A DNA stretch of 64,000 nt from an uncultured Desulfurococcaceae archaeon (GCA_964625205.1 CAZVAW010000003.1:13034-77033); one strand, 5' to 3'. Positions 8,302 to 18,354 are shown, numbered from the stretch's first letter. Notes: a model not told the origin generated them from the letters alone. Made by a program: numbers and translations.

Positions 8302-9552
8302 GTGTTTGTGTTGAGCGAGAAAACTAGTGATAGGGAGAAGGATAGTTTACGTGAAAAAATATTGTCCTGGGCTGAACAAGCACTTATCGAGAAAGGTTTT
8401 GAAGTTAAACGTAAAGGACTCGTAAATGGAGATGGTATCAGTCACGTATTTGATTTATTGGCAGAATACTCGCCGTTACCTGGTTCTTCAATAAGAGTCG
8501 GTGTTATCATAGTTGATCAAAACGATATAACCGTTGACTATGTTGAGAAAATGCTTGGATGGCTTGGTGAGCTTCATTCTCTTAAGATCATATTAATACC
8601 ATTAAGAAAAGTAGAGACCAAGGCTAGGTTACTTGCACAAAAATATGGTATTGATATTGTAGTCCCACCACAAAATGTTTTATCTAAGATAAAACATGTT
8701 ATACCGACCAATTATACTGATAAATACTATTTAGAACCAGTTGTTGATTCGAAGATCATAACTAAGAAGATAATTGATAAGACGAAAAAATCTCTGTTTA
8801 GGAGTTCGAAGTGTAAATTCGAGAAATTAACCCTGACGTATTACCCATTGATCGAGTTCGAAGTAGAACTACCACGTGTTAGGACAGAGATCGAGGAGGC
8901 CGAGGTTGTTGAGGGGAAGATAGTATTTGATGGTCTATATGGGTATATAGTTACAATAAGTGGTGGCGCATTAAAAGTAATGAGAGAATATGGTAGTTTT
9001 GCAGAGATCCCTGAAGAAGCATATAGTGTTTTGAGAGTATTAAGTGAGGAACGTTCAGCCGAGTTAGACATATTAAGTGCTAGAACTAGACTCGATCAAC
9101 ATACTTTAAAAGCTTTGCTTGTAGAACTTTCAATGCATGGACTCGTCGAAATATATAGTGATCTTGTAGAACTTAAACCATTAAATACTGACATACTAAC
9201 TGATCTTAGCGGATGGATCACTAACAATGGCGGTAAAATAGTAGATGGTGTACCCGAAGAAAAAGAATACAGCATAATATTATGGAAAAACATACCGTTA
9301 TATAAGATAGAGGAAATACTCAATAGTCTTAATGCCAAAATAGATAAGATAAAAACTATATATTATCCACTTTATACAGCTTTATTAAAAGAGCTAAGTA
9401 ACGAGGTTGCGAAAGAAAAAATAGCTGTGTATAACGGGTTAACTGGTATTGAATGCGAAGATCTAGAGGTATTTCTGACTACACCAGAGTTTATCAGTCG
9501 TATACGTGAGAAAGAGGGTATTCAAATAGATCTTGGTTCTGAGGAGAAGTAA
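8302..9552 (+). CDS. Hypothetical protein; nuclease-fold-like N-terminus, central winged-helix-like segment, internally duplicated module
   Basis: Long ORF with normal codon usage. KGFEVKRKG..GISHVFDLLAEY..IRVGVIIVD resembles a restriction-endonuclease-like core. LSEERSAELDILSARTRLDQHTLKALLVELSMHGLVEI looks wHTH-like. The motif K..TLTYYPL / KTIYYPL occurs twice. Confidence 0.55.
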   Translation: MFVLSEKTSDREKDSLREKILSWAEQALIEKGFEVKRKGLVNGDGISHVFDLLAEYSPLPGSSIRVGVIIVDQNDITVDYVEKMLGWLGELHSLKIILIPLRKVETKARLLAQKYGIDIVVPPQNVLSKIKHVIPTNYTDKYYLEPVVDSKIITKKIIDKTKKSLFRSSKCKFEKLTLTYYPLIEFEVELPRVRTEIEEAEVVEGKIVFDGLYGYIVTISGGALKVMREYGSFAEIPEEAYSVLRVLSEERSAELDILSARTRLDQHTLKALLVELSMHGLVEIYSDLVELKPLNTDILTDLSGWITNNGGKIVDGVPEEKEYSIILWKNIPLYKIEEILNSLNAKIDKIKTIYYPLYTALLKELSNEVAKEKIAVYNGLTGIECEDLEVFLTTPEFISRIREKEGIQIDLGSEEK

Positions 9553-9570
9553 TGTAGAGTTGTTGTTTCT

Positions 9571-10239
9571 TTGACTAGGGAGTATAAGGTAATAGTTTTT
9601 ACAAGTATTAGCGTAGATGGAGGTATTAGTGTTAAGGGCAAGAAACTAGTTCTAAGTAGTCGTAATGATTTATATAGATTACATTATCTTAGATCAGTTT
9701 CTGACGCTATAGTTGTTGGTGCTAATACAGTGTTAGTTGATGATCCATTGTTAACGGTGAGAATAAATGGCTACCATGGAAAACAACCATATCGTATCGT
9801 TATTGATAAAGAGCTTAGAACTAAACCATATTTTAAAGTATATGATACCTCTATAGCACCATCTATATTAGTAACCAGTAGTAATAATAAAGATAACCCT
9901 TGTATTAGGGATTTTCAAGCCAAGGGGGTTAAGATAGTATTTACAAATACTTTACCGGATCAAACACTTGATCTTAGGGAAGCATTTAACAAGATCAACA
10001 CAGAATACGGTGTCAAGTTATTCTTAGTAGAAGGTGGCGGATATTTGATCGGTAGCCTCGTAAAGCAAAAACTAGTAGATCTACTTATAGTTTCTATAAC
10101 GCCTTATCTCATAGGGCTTAACAGGGTTAATTATATCAATACTGAGTTAGATAGAATAGTAAGGCTAAAGCTTAGATCCGTATATGTTGATAAAGATTTA
10201 AACGAGGTTATCCTAGAATATAGGCCTATCTATGAGTAG
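9571..10239 (+). CDS. 2,5-diamino-6-ribosylamino-4(3H)-pyrimidinone 5'-phosphate reductase (RibD C-terminal domain type)
   Basis: FTSISVDGGIS, AIVVGANTVLVDDPLLTVR and LFLVEGGGYL motifs of RibD_C/DHFR-like reductases. TTG start. Confidence 0.75.
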   Translation: MTREYKVIVFTSISVDGGISVKGKKLVLSSRNDLYRLHYLRSVSDAIVVGANTVLVDDPLLTVRINGYHGKQPYRIVIDKELRTKPYFKVYDTSIAPSILVTSSNNKDNPCIRDFQAKGVKIVFTNTLPDQTLDLREAFNKINTEYGVKLFLVEGGGYLIGSLVKQKLVDLLIVSITPYLIGLNRVNYINTELDRIVRLKLRSVYVDKDLNEVILEYRPIYE

Positions 10240-10305
10240 CTATGTGTCGGGAAACGGATATATTATGACCAAGGACATTCCTATTCTTTAGAGTGGTGGA
10301 TAGAA

Positions 10306-10722
10306 ATGAAAGTTGTTGTTAAAGAAATAACTTTGTCTACCCAGAGTAGGTTTCAATTAATAGATATTACTAGTGAGGTAGAAAGCATAGTGGAGAATAG
10401 TGGAGTAAAGAATGGTATAGCATTAGTCTTTGCTCCTCACGCAACAGCAGCTATTATCGCTAATGAACACGAGTCTGGATTAATAAATGACATTATTGAT
10501 AAAGTGAAAGAGTTTACAGAACCCGGTAGCTCTAAGTGGAGACATAACATTATAGATGATAACGCGCATGCACACATAGGCTCTGCATTATTTGGTGCTG
10601 AACGTGTATTTCCCGTAGTCAATGGCAAGTTGATCAGGGGCACTTGGCAGAACATATTCTTATTAGAAATGGATGGGCCCCGCTCACGTAGAAGGGTATA
10701 TGTTGTTGTTATGGGTGAATAG
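10306..10722 (+). CDS. YjbQ/UPF0047 family protein (secondary thiamine-phosphate synthase-like)
   Basis: [18 protein letters not shown] and [21 protein letters not shown] motifs. Confidence 0.8.
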   Translation: MKVVVKEITLSTQSRFQLIDITSEVESIVENSGVKNGIALVFAPHATAAIIANEHESGLINDIIDKVKEFTEPGSSKWRHNIIDDNAHAHIGSALFGAERVFPVVNGKLIRGTWQNIFLLEMDGPRSRRRVYVVVMGE

Positions 10723-10835
10723 CCCTGCCAAGATTCTATATTGCTAGTGAGGAAGACATAGTAGAAGGTATTGTTACCGATATCTACTTTGTTAGAACTA
10801 AGAAGATCTTAGATAGTAAGGGTATTCGAAAGAAA

Positions 10836-11906
10836 GTGCGTATGGAGTTTCATACTACAAACTTACCTCGTGGGTATGAATGGGCTGTCTATGCTGGTTT
10901 AGAGGAGGTTCTTAATCTTCTGAAGGGGAAACCAGTCACAGTCTATAGTTTGCCGGAGGGAACGTTGTTTAAGGCTGGGGAACCCTTAATGATTATTGAG
11001 GGTTATTATAACGATTTTGCTATCTATGAGACGCCTATTCTCGGTATACTTAGACACTATACAAGTATAGCTACAAAAGCTGCACGGATAAAGAAATTAG
11101 CTGGTGATCGAACCGTATTGTTTTTTGGCTTAAGAGCCTTACATCCAGCTATTGCTCCAATGGCTGATAGAGCTGCCTATATAGGTGGCGTTGACGCTGT
11201 ATCTGGCGTTGCTAGTGAGAAGTATTTGGGTTTAAAACCAGTTGGTACAATGCCACATGCATTGATCATAGTATTTGGTGATCAGGTAAAGGCTTGGAAG
11301 GCGTTTGATGAAGTAATTGAGGAAAACGTGCCTCGTATTATGCTTGTTGACACATTCTATGATGAGCGTATAGAGGCTTTAATGGCGGCTAAAGCTTTAG
11401 AGGGTAAATTATATGGTGTTAGACTAGATACTCCAAGTAGTAGACGCGGTAATATACGTGCGATTGTTGAAGAGGTTAGATGGACTCTCGACATACATGG
11501 TTATAAAAACGTTAAAATAGTTGTTAGCGGAGGCGTCGGCGAGAAAGAGATCATCGAGCTACGAGATATTGTAGACGCATTTGGTGTTGGAACCACAATT
11601 GCTTTCCCTAAGAGCATTGATATAAGCGCAGACATTGTCGAAGTATATGAGAATGGGGTTTGGAAACCAATATCTAAACGTGGAAAACTACCCGGTGCTA
11701 AACAATTATATAGAAAAAGACCCGGGTTAAATGACTATATAGGCTTATTAAATAGATCAAGGCCTCCCTCTAGCGATTATAAACCTATATTGAAGAAATA
11801 TATGGAAAACGGTGAACTTATAGAGGAGTTACCTAATCTCGAAGATATAAGAAAGTATGTACTTGAGCAATTAAACGAGTTACCAGAACCTACTCCTATT
11901 TCTTAA
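10836..11906 (+). CDS. pncB: Nicotinate phosphoribosyltransferase (archaeal type); true start probably upstream of 10836
   Basis: [28 protein letters not shown] and VSGG motifs. The same frame stays open from 10719 and encodes the conserved [27 protein letters not shown]-terminal block. Confidence 0.85.
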   Translation: MRMEFHTTNLPRGYEWAVYAGLEEVLNLLKGKPVTVYSLPEGTLFKAGEPLMIIEGYYNDFAIYETPILGILRHYTSIATKAARIKKLAGDRTVLFFGLRALHPAIAPMADRAAYIGGVDAVSGVASEKYLGLKPVGTMPHALIIVFGDQVKAWKAFDEVIEENVPRIMLVDTFYDERIEALMAAKALEGKLYGVRLDTPSSRRGNIRAIVEEVRWTLDIHGYKNVKIVVSGGVGEKEIIELRDIVDAFGVGTTIAFPKSIDISADIVEVYENGVWKPISKRGKLPGAKQLYRKRPGLNDYIGLLNRSRPPSSDYKPILKKYMENGELIEELPNLEDIRKYVLEQLNELPEPTPIS

Positions 11907-11971
11907 AACATGATTATTTAAGTCCTTTTACGATAAATATTCTAGTGAAACAATTAGTTTCTAGAGAGGGG

Positions 11972-12571
11972 ATGGAAGTGAGTGAATGGTGGAGAAGGAG
12001 GAGAAGGATCTTTGACTTAATAGATGAAATGATGAGAGAGCTTTTCGAGGAAATGGAGCGCGACTGGAGCTACGAGAGAGACCTTGTTGACGAGATAAGA
12101 AGAATAATGAGAGAGTTTGACGAAATAGCTAGATTGTCTCCAGAAGAAGCATCAAAATACGGTGAGAAGAAGATCATAGGGCCATACGTATATGGTTTCT
12201 CCATAACCATAGGGCCTGATGGCAAACCTATTATCAAGAAATTCGGCAATATTAAGAGTATTCGTGGTAAACCAATGGTCACTGAAGAGCGAGAACCACT
12301 TGTCGATGTATTTGAGAGTGACGACGAAGTAACAGTTGTAGCAGAGTTACCAGGTGTTGAAAAGGACAAGATTAGTCTTGAAGTTACAGATGACCGTAGA
12401 AAACTAATTATCAGAGCTAGTAATAGTAAGAGAAAGTACTATAAGGAGGTTGATCTACCGGCAGAAGTTGATCCGGAGTCCGCAAAAGCCAATTATAAGA
12501 ATGGTGTATTGGAAGTTAAATTGAAGAAGATTAAGAAAGAAAAGAGAGGATACGAGATCAGGGTAGACTAG
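11972..12571 (+). CDS. hsp20: Small heat shock protein (Hsp20/alpha-crystallin)
   Basis: Alpha-crystallin domain PLVDVFESDDEVTVVAELPGVEKDKISLEV...AKANYKNGVLEVKLKK. ATG 11972 behind GAGAGGGG; the track ORF opens at GTG 11945. Confidence 0.85.
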   Translation: MEVSEWWRRRRRIFDLIDEMMRELFEEMERDWSYERDLVDEIRRIMREFDEIARLSPEEASKYGEKKIIGPYVYGFSITIGPDGKPIIKKFGNIKSIRGKPMVTEEREPLVDVFESDDEVTVVAELPGVEKDKISLEVTDDRRKLIIRASNSKRKYYKEVDLPAEVDPESAKANYKNGVLEVKLKKIKKEKRGYEIRVD

Positions 12572-12616
12572 TCTTAATTCCAATAAGTACCTTGATTTAA
12601 GCTAAGCCGAGTATGG

Positions 12617-13153
12617 GTGAAGCAATTGATTATTGGTATAATGAGTGATACACATGATCATGTGGATAATACGTTGAAAGCCATAGATGTTTTTATTGAG
12701 AGAAAAGTAGAGCGTATTATTCATTTAGGTGATATAATATCGCCTTTTATACCTCGTTTTATTAAGAGGAAGCTGGACGAAAAAAACTATAATGTCGATT
12801 TAGTAACCGTACTAGGTAATAATGATGGTGACGTATACTTATTATCGAAGATCTATAGCGAGTATGGTTGGATACTTTTATCTAATCCTTCAATAATAGA
12901 GATCGAGAATAAAAAGTTCTATATTATGCACGGATTTAATGGTGTTGATTTTACAGAGAAAATAGCTAAGGCTCTGCTTGAGAAACTCGATGTTAATGGT
13001 GTTTTATATGGTCATACACATAGGTTAAAGAAAGAATACTTCAATAACAAGCTCTTGTTAAACCCAGGAGAAGTTTGCGGTTATTTAACTGGTAAATCAA
13101 CTATAGCGATCTTAGATACAGATACCTTAACTGTCGAGATAATAGAGTTATAG
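12617..13153 (+). CDS. Metallophosphoesterase, YfcE/MJ0936 family
   Basis: IMSDTHDH, HLGDI, GNNDGD and YGHTH motifs. Confidence 0.8.
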   Translation: MKQLIIGIMSDTHDHVDNTLKAIDVFIERKVERIIHLGDIISPFIPRFIKRKLDEKNYNVDLVTVLGNNDGDVYLLSKIYSEYGWILLSNPSIIEIENKKFYIMHGFNGVDFTEKIAKALLEKLDVNGVLYGHTHRLKKEYFNNKLLLNPGEVCGYLTGKSTIAILDTDTLTVEIIEL

Positions 13154-13205
13154 ATATTTTTTACCACTATAATAATATAAAATGCTTCTATATGGGGGTA
13201 TAGTC

Positions 13206-14072
13206 ATGGATGGTAAGAGTCTTAAAAGTGCTAGTAGGCCGGAGACAGAGGAAGGAATGCAGTATCATTTGCGTGTAAAGCCGGGTGATGTGAGTAAGTA
13301 TGTGTTATTACCTGGTGATCCAGGTAGAGTTGAAAGAATAGCTAGTTTTTGGGATAAGGCTTGGAAAGTAGCTAAGCACCGTGAATATACAACTTATAGT
13401 GGTTATTACAAGGGAGTTTTCATCTCAGCCACGAGTACTGGTATAGGTGCTCCTTCAACAGCTATCGCTATCGAGGAACTCGCACGTATAGGTGGTGATA
13501 CGTTTATACGTGTAGGTACTACTGGAGCGCTACATAGAGATATTAAAGTCGGTGATCTAATCATATCAACTGGTGCTGTCCGTTTAGAGGGTACTAGTAG
13601 ACACTATGTTATACCAGAGTACCCTGCTGTGGCTTCAATTGATGTAACATTAGCTTTAATTTTCGCGGCCGAAACCCTAGGCTATAGATATCACATTGGT
13701 TTAACAGCTAGTAGTGATAGCTTCTATGTAGGGCAGGAGAGACCAGGATATCGCGATTACCTACCACCTTTCCAGAGGGGATTGATTAGTTTTCTTAAGA
13801 GTGTAAATGTTCTTAACTTCGAAATGGAGGCTGCCACGATCTTCGTATTAGCTAGTATTTATAGATTAAGAGCTGGAGCTGTTTGTGCCGCAATAGCTAA
13901 TCGTGAGACTGAGGAGTTCATAGTAGATGCTGGAGTGGATGATGCTATAAGAGTAGCTAATGAAGCTGTTCGCATCCTTAGTAAATGGGATGAGAAAATA
14001 AAGGAGTTAAATAAGAAGTTTGTCACACCAAGCATTATTTATGAGTGGTTTAAAGAAGAGATGAAAAGGTAG
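13206..14072 (+). CDS. udp: Uridine phosphorylase-like nucleoside phosphorylase (PNP/UDP family 1)
   Basis: HLRVKPGDVSKYVLLPGDPGRVERIA, RVGTTGA and FEMEAATIF motifs. The track ORF opens at 13182. Confidence 0.8.
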   Translation: MDGKSLKSASRPETEEGMQYHLRVKPGDVSKYVLLPGDPGRVERIASFWDKAWKVAKHREYTTYSGYYKGVFISATSTGIGAPSTAIAIEELARIGGDTFIRVGTTGALHRDIKVGDLIISTGAVRLEGTSRHYVIPEYPAVASIDVTLALIFAAETLGYRYHIGLTASSDSFYVGQERPGYRDYLPPFQRGLISFLKSVNVLNFEMEAATIFVLASIYRLRAGAVCAAIANRETEEFIVDAGVDDAIRVANEAVRILSKWDEKIKELNKKFVTPSIIYEWFKEEMKR

Positions 14073-14078
14073 TTGATA

Positions 14079-15023
14079 ATGGGTAGGGGGTATCTTCATG
14101 TTAGCGTTGGCAACCTAAATATAGATTTAACACTATATATCCCGCGTCTTCCAGTTTTTGACGAGAGTGTTATAGTTAATGACATGTTATTAAGCCCTGG
14201 CGGATCAGCCTCCAATTACGCCTCAGCCGTTGCATGTTATGGTCATCGAGCTACATTAATAGCTGCTGCTTCAACTAATCCCATGGTAGATAATATTCTT
14301 GAGGAACTTAGGAGACGTGGTGTTGATACAAGATTTGTTAAAAGAGTAGATGGTGATCCAGGGCTTGTCATAGTAGTTGTTACAAGCAATGGCGAGAAAA
14401 TAATGCTTAAATATCGTGGTGTCAACGAGTTGTTATCACCCAATGATGTTCCAAGGGAACTACTTGACCAAGCTAACATCGTACACCTTGCAAGTATACC
14501 GCCTAATATAGCCGAGGAAATAGCTGGTCGGGCCTCACGTTTAGGCATAATAGTTAGCTACGACCCTGGAGTATATGCTGTTTCGGAGAAAGAACGGGTA
14601 ATTAAAATGCTTGATAAAATCGACATACTATTCTTGAACCGTGTTGAAGCAAAAGAATTAGCTGGTGCTAATATGGAATCTCTACTTAAATACGGGTTAT
14701 CATTACTTGTGATCAAGAAGGGGGCGGGAGGAGCGTTTGTGGTTCAACACGGTAGTTTCTATTACCGTGGTAGATCAAAACCTATTGGTAAACCAATAAA
14801 TACCACTGGGGCTGGTGACGCTTTCGACGCGTTTTTCAACGCTGCATACCTCGACTATAAGGATCCCGGGAAAGCGCTTTCATATGGTTTAGCCGCTGGT
14901 ACTTTACAGACTATGTGTAAAACTAGCATAATTTGTTGTGATATGGAATTGTTTAAGAAGCAATTATTGATGACTACTGTTGAGGTCATGAAAGAGCCTG
15001 ATGAATGGATTATTGAGGATTGA
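14079..15023 (+). CDS. PfkB/ribokinase-family sugar(-phosphate) kinase
   Basis: SPGGSASN near the N-terminus and NTTGAGDAFDA anion-hole motif. Starts 6 nt after the udp stop. Confidence 0.8.
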   Translation: MGRGYLHVSVGNLNIDLTLYIPRLPVFDESVIVNDMLLSPGGSASNYASAVACYGHRATLIAAASTNPMVDNILEELRRRGVDTRFVKRVDGDPGLVIVVVTSNGEKIMLKYRGVNELLSPNDVPRELLDQANIVHLASIPPNIAEEIAGRASRLGIIVSYDPGVYAVSEKERVIKMLDKIDILFLNRVEAKELAGANMESLLKYGLSLLVIKKGAGGAFVVQHGSFYYRGRSKPIGKPINTTGAGDAFDAFFNAAYLDYKDPGKALSYGLAAGTLQTMCKTSIICCDMELFKKQLLMTTVEVMKEPDEWIIED

Positions 15024-15024
15024 A

Positions 15025-15948
15025 ATGCTGAGCCTTAAGAAAATACTGGGTATTCTAACTAGGTATTCCTTCAATAAAGATTATGCTATAAAATGCATAG
15101 ATCAAAGGATAGTTGTCGAACTTTTAGGTGAGGAACTGGTTAGAGTATGTAGGGAAAAAGGTCTTTTAATTAATAACTATTTTGAAGTAGAGATACCAGC
15201 GTTTTCAAAACCATGTGTTATACCACGTATACAGTATATTGAGGATTTTCATCGATATTTACATGAGGTACATGGAGCTTTTATACTAAATAAAATAATC
15301 AATTGTAAAATACCCATAACTACTTATATATTTATAAGTACGCATACTGATGATTTCTTATTTACGACATACTTGTATAATAGACTTAAAGAAGAGAATA
15401 TTAAGCTTGAAATAAATCAGCTTGTAGAGTATGGATTTAAGCTTTTTCAACTAAAACAACTCTATACTCGAATAAAAGACTTGGAAAAGATTCTAAGAAG
15501 AGAGTATAACGAGAAACTTTATGATGAATACCAAGATCTAATAAGAGAACTTGATCGCTTAACATCGCAGGTTAAAGACTTATGGGAATACAACCGAGAA
15601 TTATTTGACAAAATATACTCTGTTATTCTCGGTATTGATAAGAACTGGAATGACTTAATCGATTTTATACGTTTAAATATTGTAGTTTATAAAGATGATA
15701 TGGAAGAACTGATTGGTACATGGAAAAAAATCTATATGGATATAGCAAATATTTATCAAGTTTCCCCAATTATAATAGACACTTTAAACGAGTTGGAAGC
15801 AACATCTACTTATTTAAATGATATATTTAAGAAAGTTATAGAGTATTTGAGAAATAAGGGGTGTAATGAGATCCTTATAGTAGATGGGGAAGAATACCAT
15901 ATTTTAGAAAGAATAGTAAATAATAATGTAACTATTATTCAAGTTTGA
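15025..15948 (+). CDS. Hypothetical protein (orphan, very AT-rich, coiled-coil-prone centre)
   Basis: Uninterrupted ORF. ATG 15025 directly follows the kinase stop. No motif recognised. Confidence 0.5.
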   Translation: MLSLKKILGILTRYSFNKDYAIKCIDQRIVVELLGEELVRVCREKGLLINNYFEVEIPAFSKPCVIPRIQYIEDFHRYLHEVHGAFILNKIINCKIPITTYIFISTHTDDFLFTTYLYNRLKEENIKLEINQLVEYGFKLFQLKQLYTRIKDLEKILRREYNEKLYDEYQDLIRELDRLTSQVKDLWEYNRELFDKIYSVILGIDKNWNDLIDFIRLNIVVYKDDMEELIGTWKKIYMDIANIYQVSPIIIDTLNELEATSTYLNDIFKKVIEYLRNKGCNEILIVDGEEYHILERIVNNNVTIIQV

Positions 15949-15979
15949 GTCAAATCAAAGTAGTAGTGGTGAGTAATTC

Positions 15980-16294
15980 TTGGTTAAAATATATAGGAAT
16001 GAAGATGTCGAGGAAATAGTAATGGCTATTCCTAGAGGACATTATCACGTGCGTGGTATGTTGAAACTAAGAGATCAAGTTATAGTATTACAAGAGGCTA
16101 CTCTCGCAGCTATAGCTAGGGCTTATCTTTCTATAATTCTACACCCTACTAGACGTGGTGTTATTTTAAAAAGAAAACACTTGAGTAGAAATGGCCGTAA
16201 ACCCGGCTATGCTGAATACCAATTAATAGAAGTTCCTAATTCGGAGGAAGAGGCAGTTAAAATAATTGATGAGGTCTTATCTGATTCTACGTGA
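15980..16294 (+). CDS. Hypothetical small protein
   Basis: ORF only; a possible ATG start lies at about 16022 (MAIPRGHYHVRG...). No motif recognised. Confidence 0.4.
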   Translation: MVKIYRNEDVEEIVMAIPRGHYHVRGMLKLRDQVIVLQEATLAAIARAYLSIILHPTRRGVILKRKHLSRNGRKPGYAEYQLIEVPNSEEEAVKIIDEVLSDST

Positions 16295-16306
16295 GAATTT
16301 ATATTA

Positions 16307-16316
16307 TTTATATAAT
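16307..16316 (+). promoter_or_regulatory. TATA-like box upstream of sucC
   Basis: ATTTATATAA lies about 25-33 nt upstream of the GTG 16340 start, with GGTGG in between as a Shine-Dalgarno-like element. Confidence 0.35.
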
Positions 16317-16339
16317 GTATTTTTGTATTGGTGGTAAGT

Positions 16340-17470
16340 GTGAAGTTGTTTGAATATGAAGCAAAGAATATTGTTAAAAAATATGGCATACCAGTCCCTA
16401 ATGGCGAAATCGCTGATTCTCCGGAAAAAGTAAAAGAGATTGCTAGTAGATTCGGTAAAGAAGTAGTGGTTAAGTCTCAAGTCCTTGTCGGTGGTAGGGG
16501 GTTAGCTGGCGGTATAAAGATAGCTTCTAACCCAGATGAAGCCTATAATGTCGCTAAACAATTACTTGGTTCAAAGATTAAGGGCGAAGTTGTTAAACTA
16601 GTTTTAGTCGAGGAAAAGATCTGTTTTGAGAAGGAATACTATTTATCCTTAACGATCGACCGCTCTAATAGAAGCCTAGTATACTTGGTCTCACCATTAG
16701 GTGGTGTCGAGATCGAGGATTTAGTTAAGAAACACCCAGAGAAATTATTGAAGATACCAGTTGATCCGTTGACTGGGTATAAACATTATTACTCAAGGAT
16801 AGCTGGTTCTTTCCTAGGTATTCCTAAGGAGTATTGGCGTGAGCTAGACACTATCATGTATGCTATGTATAATGTTATGCATGATTACGATGCTGAACTT
16901 GTAGAATTTAATCCACTTGCATGGCGTTGTGGCGGTGGCTTGATCGCATTAGATGCTAAAATATTAGTTGACGATAACAGCTTATTTAAACACCCTGATC
17001 TAATGGAGAAATATGGTAGAGAACTTGGTGAGTATGAGAAAAAGGCTAAGGAGCTTGGTTTCTCATATGTCGAGTTAGATGGAGATATCGGCGTTATAGC
17101 TAATGGTGCTGGTTTAACAATGGCTACTATGGATACAATACTGTTACATGGTGGAAAACCAGCTAATTTCTTAGATGTTGGTGGTGGTGCTTCACGTGAT
17201 CGTGTAAAAGAAGCTGTTAAACTCTTATTGACTCATCCAAGGGTGAAGGTGTTATTAGTTAATATTTTCGGCGGTATAACACGTTGTGATGAAGTAGCAT
17301 ATGGTATTATAGAAGCTGTTAAAGAAGTAGGTATATCTAAACCGATTGTGATCAGATTACTTGGTACTAATGAAGAAGAGGGTCGTGGAATCCTAAGTGA
17401 ACACGGATTCAATGTTTTTTCAGAGGTCGATGATGCAGTACACAAAGCTATAGAACTTGCTAAGAGGTGA
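16340..17470 (+). CDS. sucC: Succinyl-CoA synthetase beta subunit
   Basis: MKLFEYEAK start (GTG 16340), ATP-grasp VVKSQVLVGGRG, and the C-terminal GVIANGAGLTMATMD and NIFGGITRCD motifs. Confidence 0.9.
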   Translation: MKLFEYEAKNIVKKYGIPVPNGEIADSPEKVKEIASRFGKEVVVKSQVLVGGRGLAGGIKIASNPDEAYNVAKQLLGSKIKGEVVKLVLVEEKICFEKEYYLSLTIDRSNRSLVYLVSPLGGVEIEDLVKKHPEKLLKIPVDPLTGYKHYYSRIAGSFLGIPKEYWRELDTIMYAMYNVMHDYDAELVEFNPLAWRCGGGLIALDAKILVDDNSLFKHPDLMEKYGRELGEYEKKAKELGFSYVELDGDIGVIANGAGLTMATMDTILLHGGKPANFLDVGGGASRDRVKEAVKLLLTHPRVKVLLVNIFGGITRCDEVAYGIIEAVKEVGISKPIVIRLLGTNEEEGRGILSEHGFNVFSEVDDAVHKAIELAKR

Positions 17471-17475
17471 TATAA

Positions 17476-18354
17476 ATGGTTATCTTAGTCGATAAAAATA
17501 CCCGTGTACTCGTACAAGGTATAACTGGTCGTGAAGGAAGTTTTCATACTAAACTAATGCTGGAATACGGAACGAAGATCGTGGCTGGCGTAACACCGGG
17601 TAAGGGCGGACAAGAAGTTCATGGTGTTCCAGTATACGATAGTATTGCTGAGGCAGTTAAAGAGCAGGGATCTATTGATGCAAGCATAGTATTTGTACCA
17701 GCACGTTTTGCCGCGGAAGCAGTTTATGAAGCGTTAGACAATAATATAAAGACTGTGGTCGTCATAACGGAGGGCATTCCAGTACACGATGAATTGGGAT
17801 TCGTACGATATGCTAAATATATTGGTGCATACATTATAGGGCCTAATACGCCAGGTATAATGTCACCTGGACATACTAAGATCGGGATCATGCCTGCACA
17901 CGTGTTTAAACCCGGTAATATAGGTTTGGTTTCACGTAGTGGTACCTTAACATATGAGATAGCACGTGAACTTGGGAAACAAGGCTATGGAATATCTACT
18001 GTGTTAGGATTGGGTGGTGACCCGGTTACTGGTTTGAACTTCATTGAAGTATATAACTTGTTCGCCGAAGATCCCGATACAGATGTTGTGGTGTTAATTG
18101 GTGAAATAGGTGGTGATGCTGAAGAGAGATTCGCTAAATATTACTCTGGATTAGAGAAGAAAAAACCTGTTGTAGCTTATATTGCTGGTAAAACAGCACC
18201 TCCGGGTAAAAGAATGGGGCATGCAGGAGCTATTATTTCTATGGGTATGGGTGATTATGCTTCTAAGAGAAAAGCATTAGAAGAAGCTGGTATACCAGTA
18301 GCTGATAAACCATCTGATATACCATTGCTTGTCAACAAGGTTTTGGCTAAATAA
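17476..18354 (+). CDS. sucD: Succinyl-CoA synthetase alpha subunit
   Basis: [18 protein letters not shown] and the GHAGAII phosphohistidine loop. Confidence 0.9.
   Translation: MVILVDKNTRVLVQGITGREGSFHTKLMLEYGTKIVAGVTPGKGGQEVHGVPVYDSIAEAVKEQGSIDASIVFVPARFAAEAVYEALDNNIKTVVVITEGIPVHDELGFVRYAKYIGAYIIGPNTPGIMSPGHTKIGIMPAHVFKPGNIGLVSRSGTLTYEIARELGKQGYGISTVLGLGGDPVTGLNFIEVYNLFAEDPDTDVVVLIGEIGGDAEERFAKYYSGLEKKKPVVAYIAGKTAPPGKRMGHAGAIISMGMGDYASKRKALEEAGIPVADKPSDIPLLVNKVLAK

Noticed and set aside
10711-10725. Possible programmed -1 frameshift fusing YjbQ to NAPRT at the stop codon.
   Set aside because: No slippery X-XXY-YYZ heptamer or downstream structure is visible (sequence ATGGGTGAATAGCCC). Near-cognate or coupled initiation, or a sequence error, is the simpler explanation.
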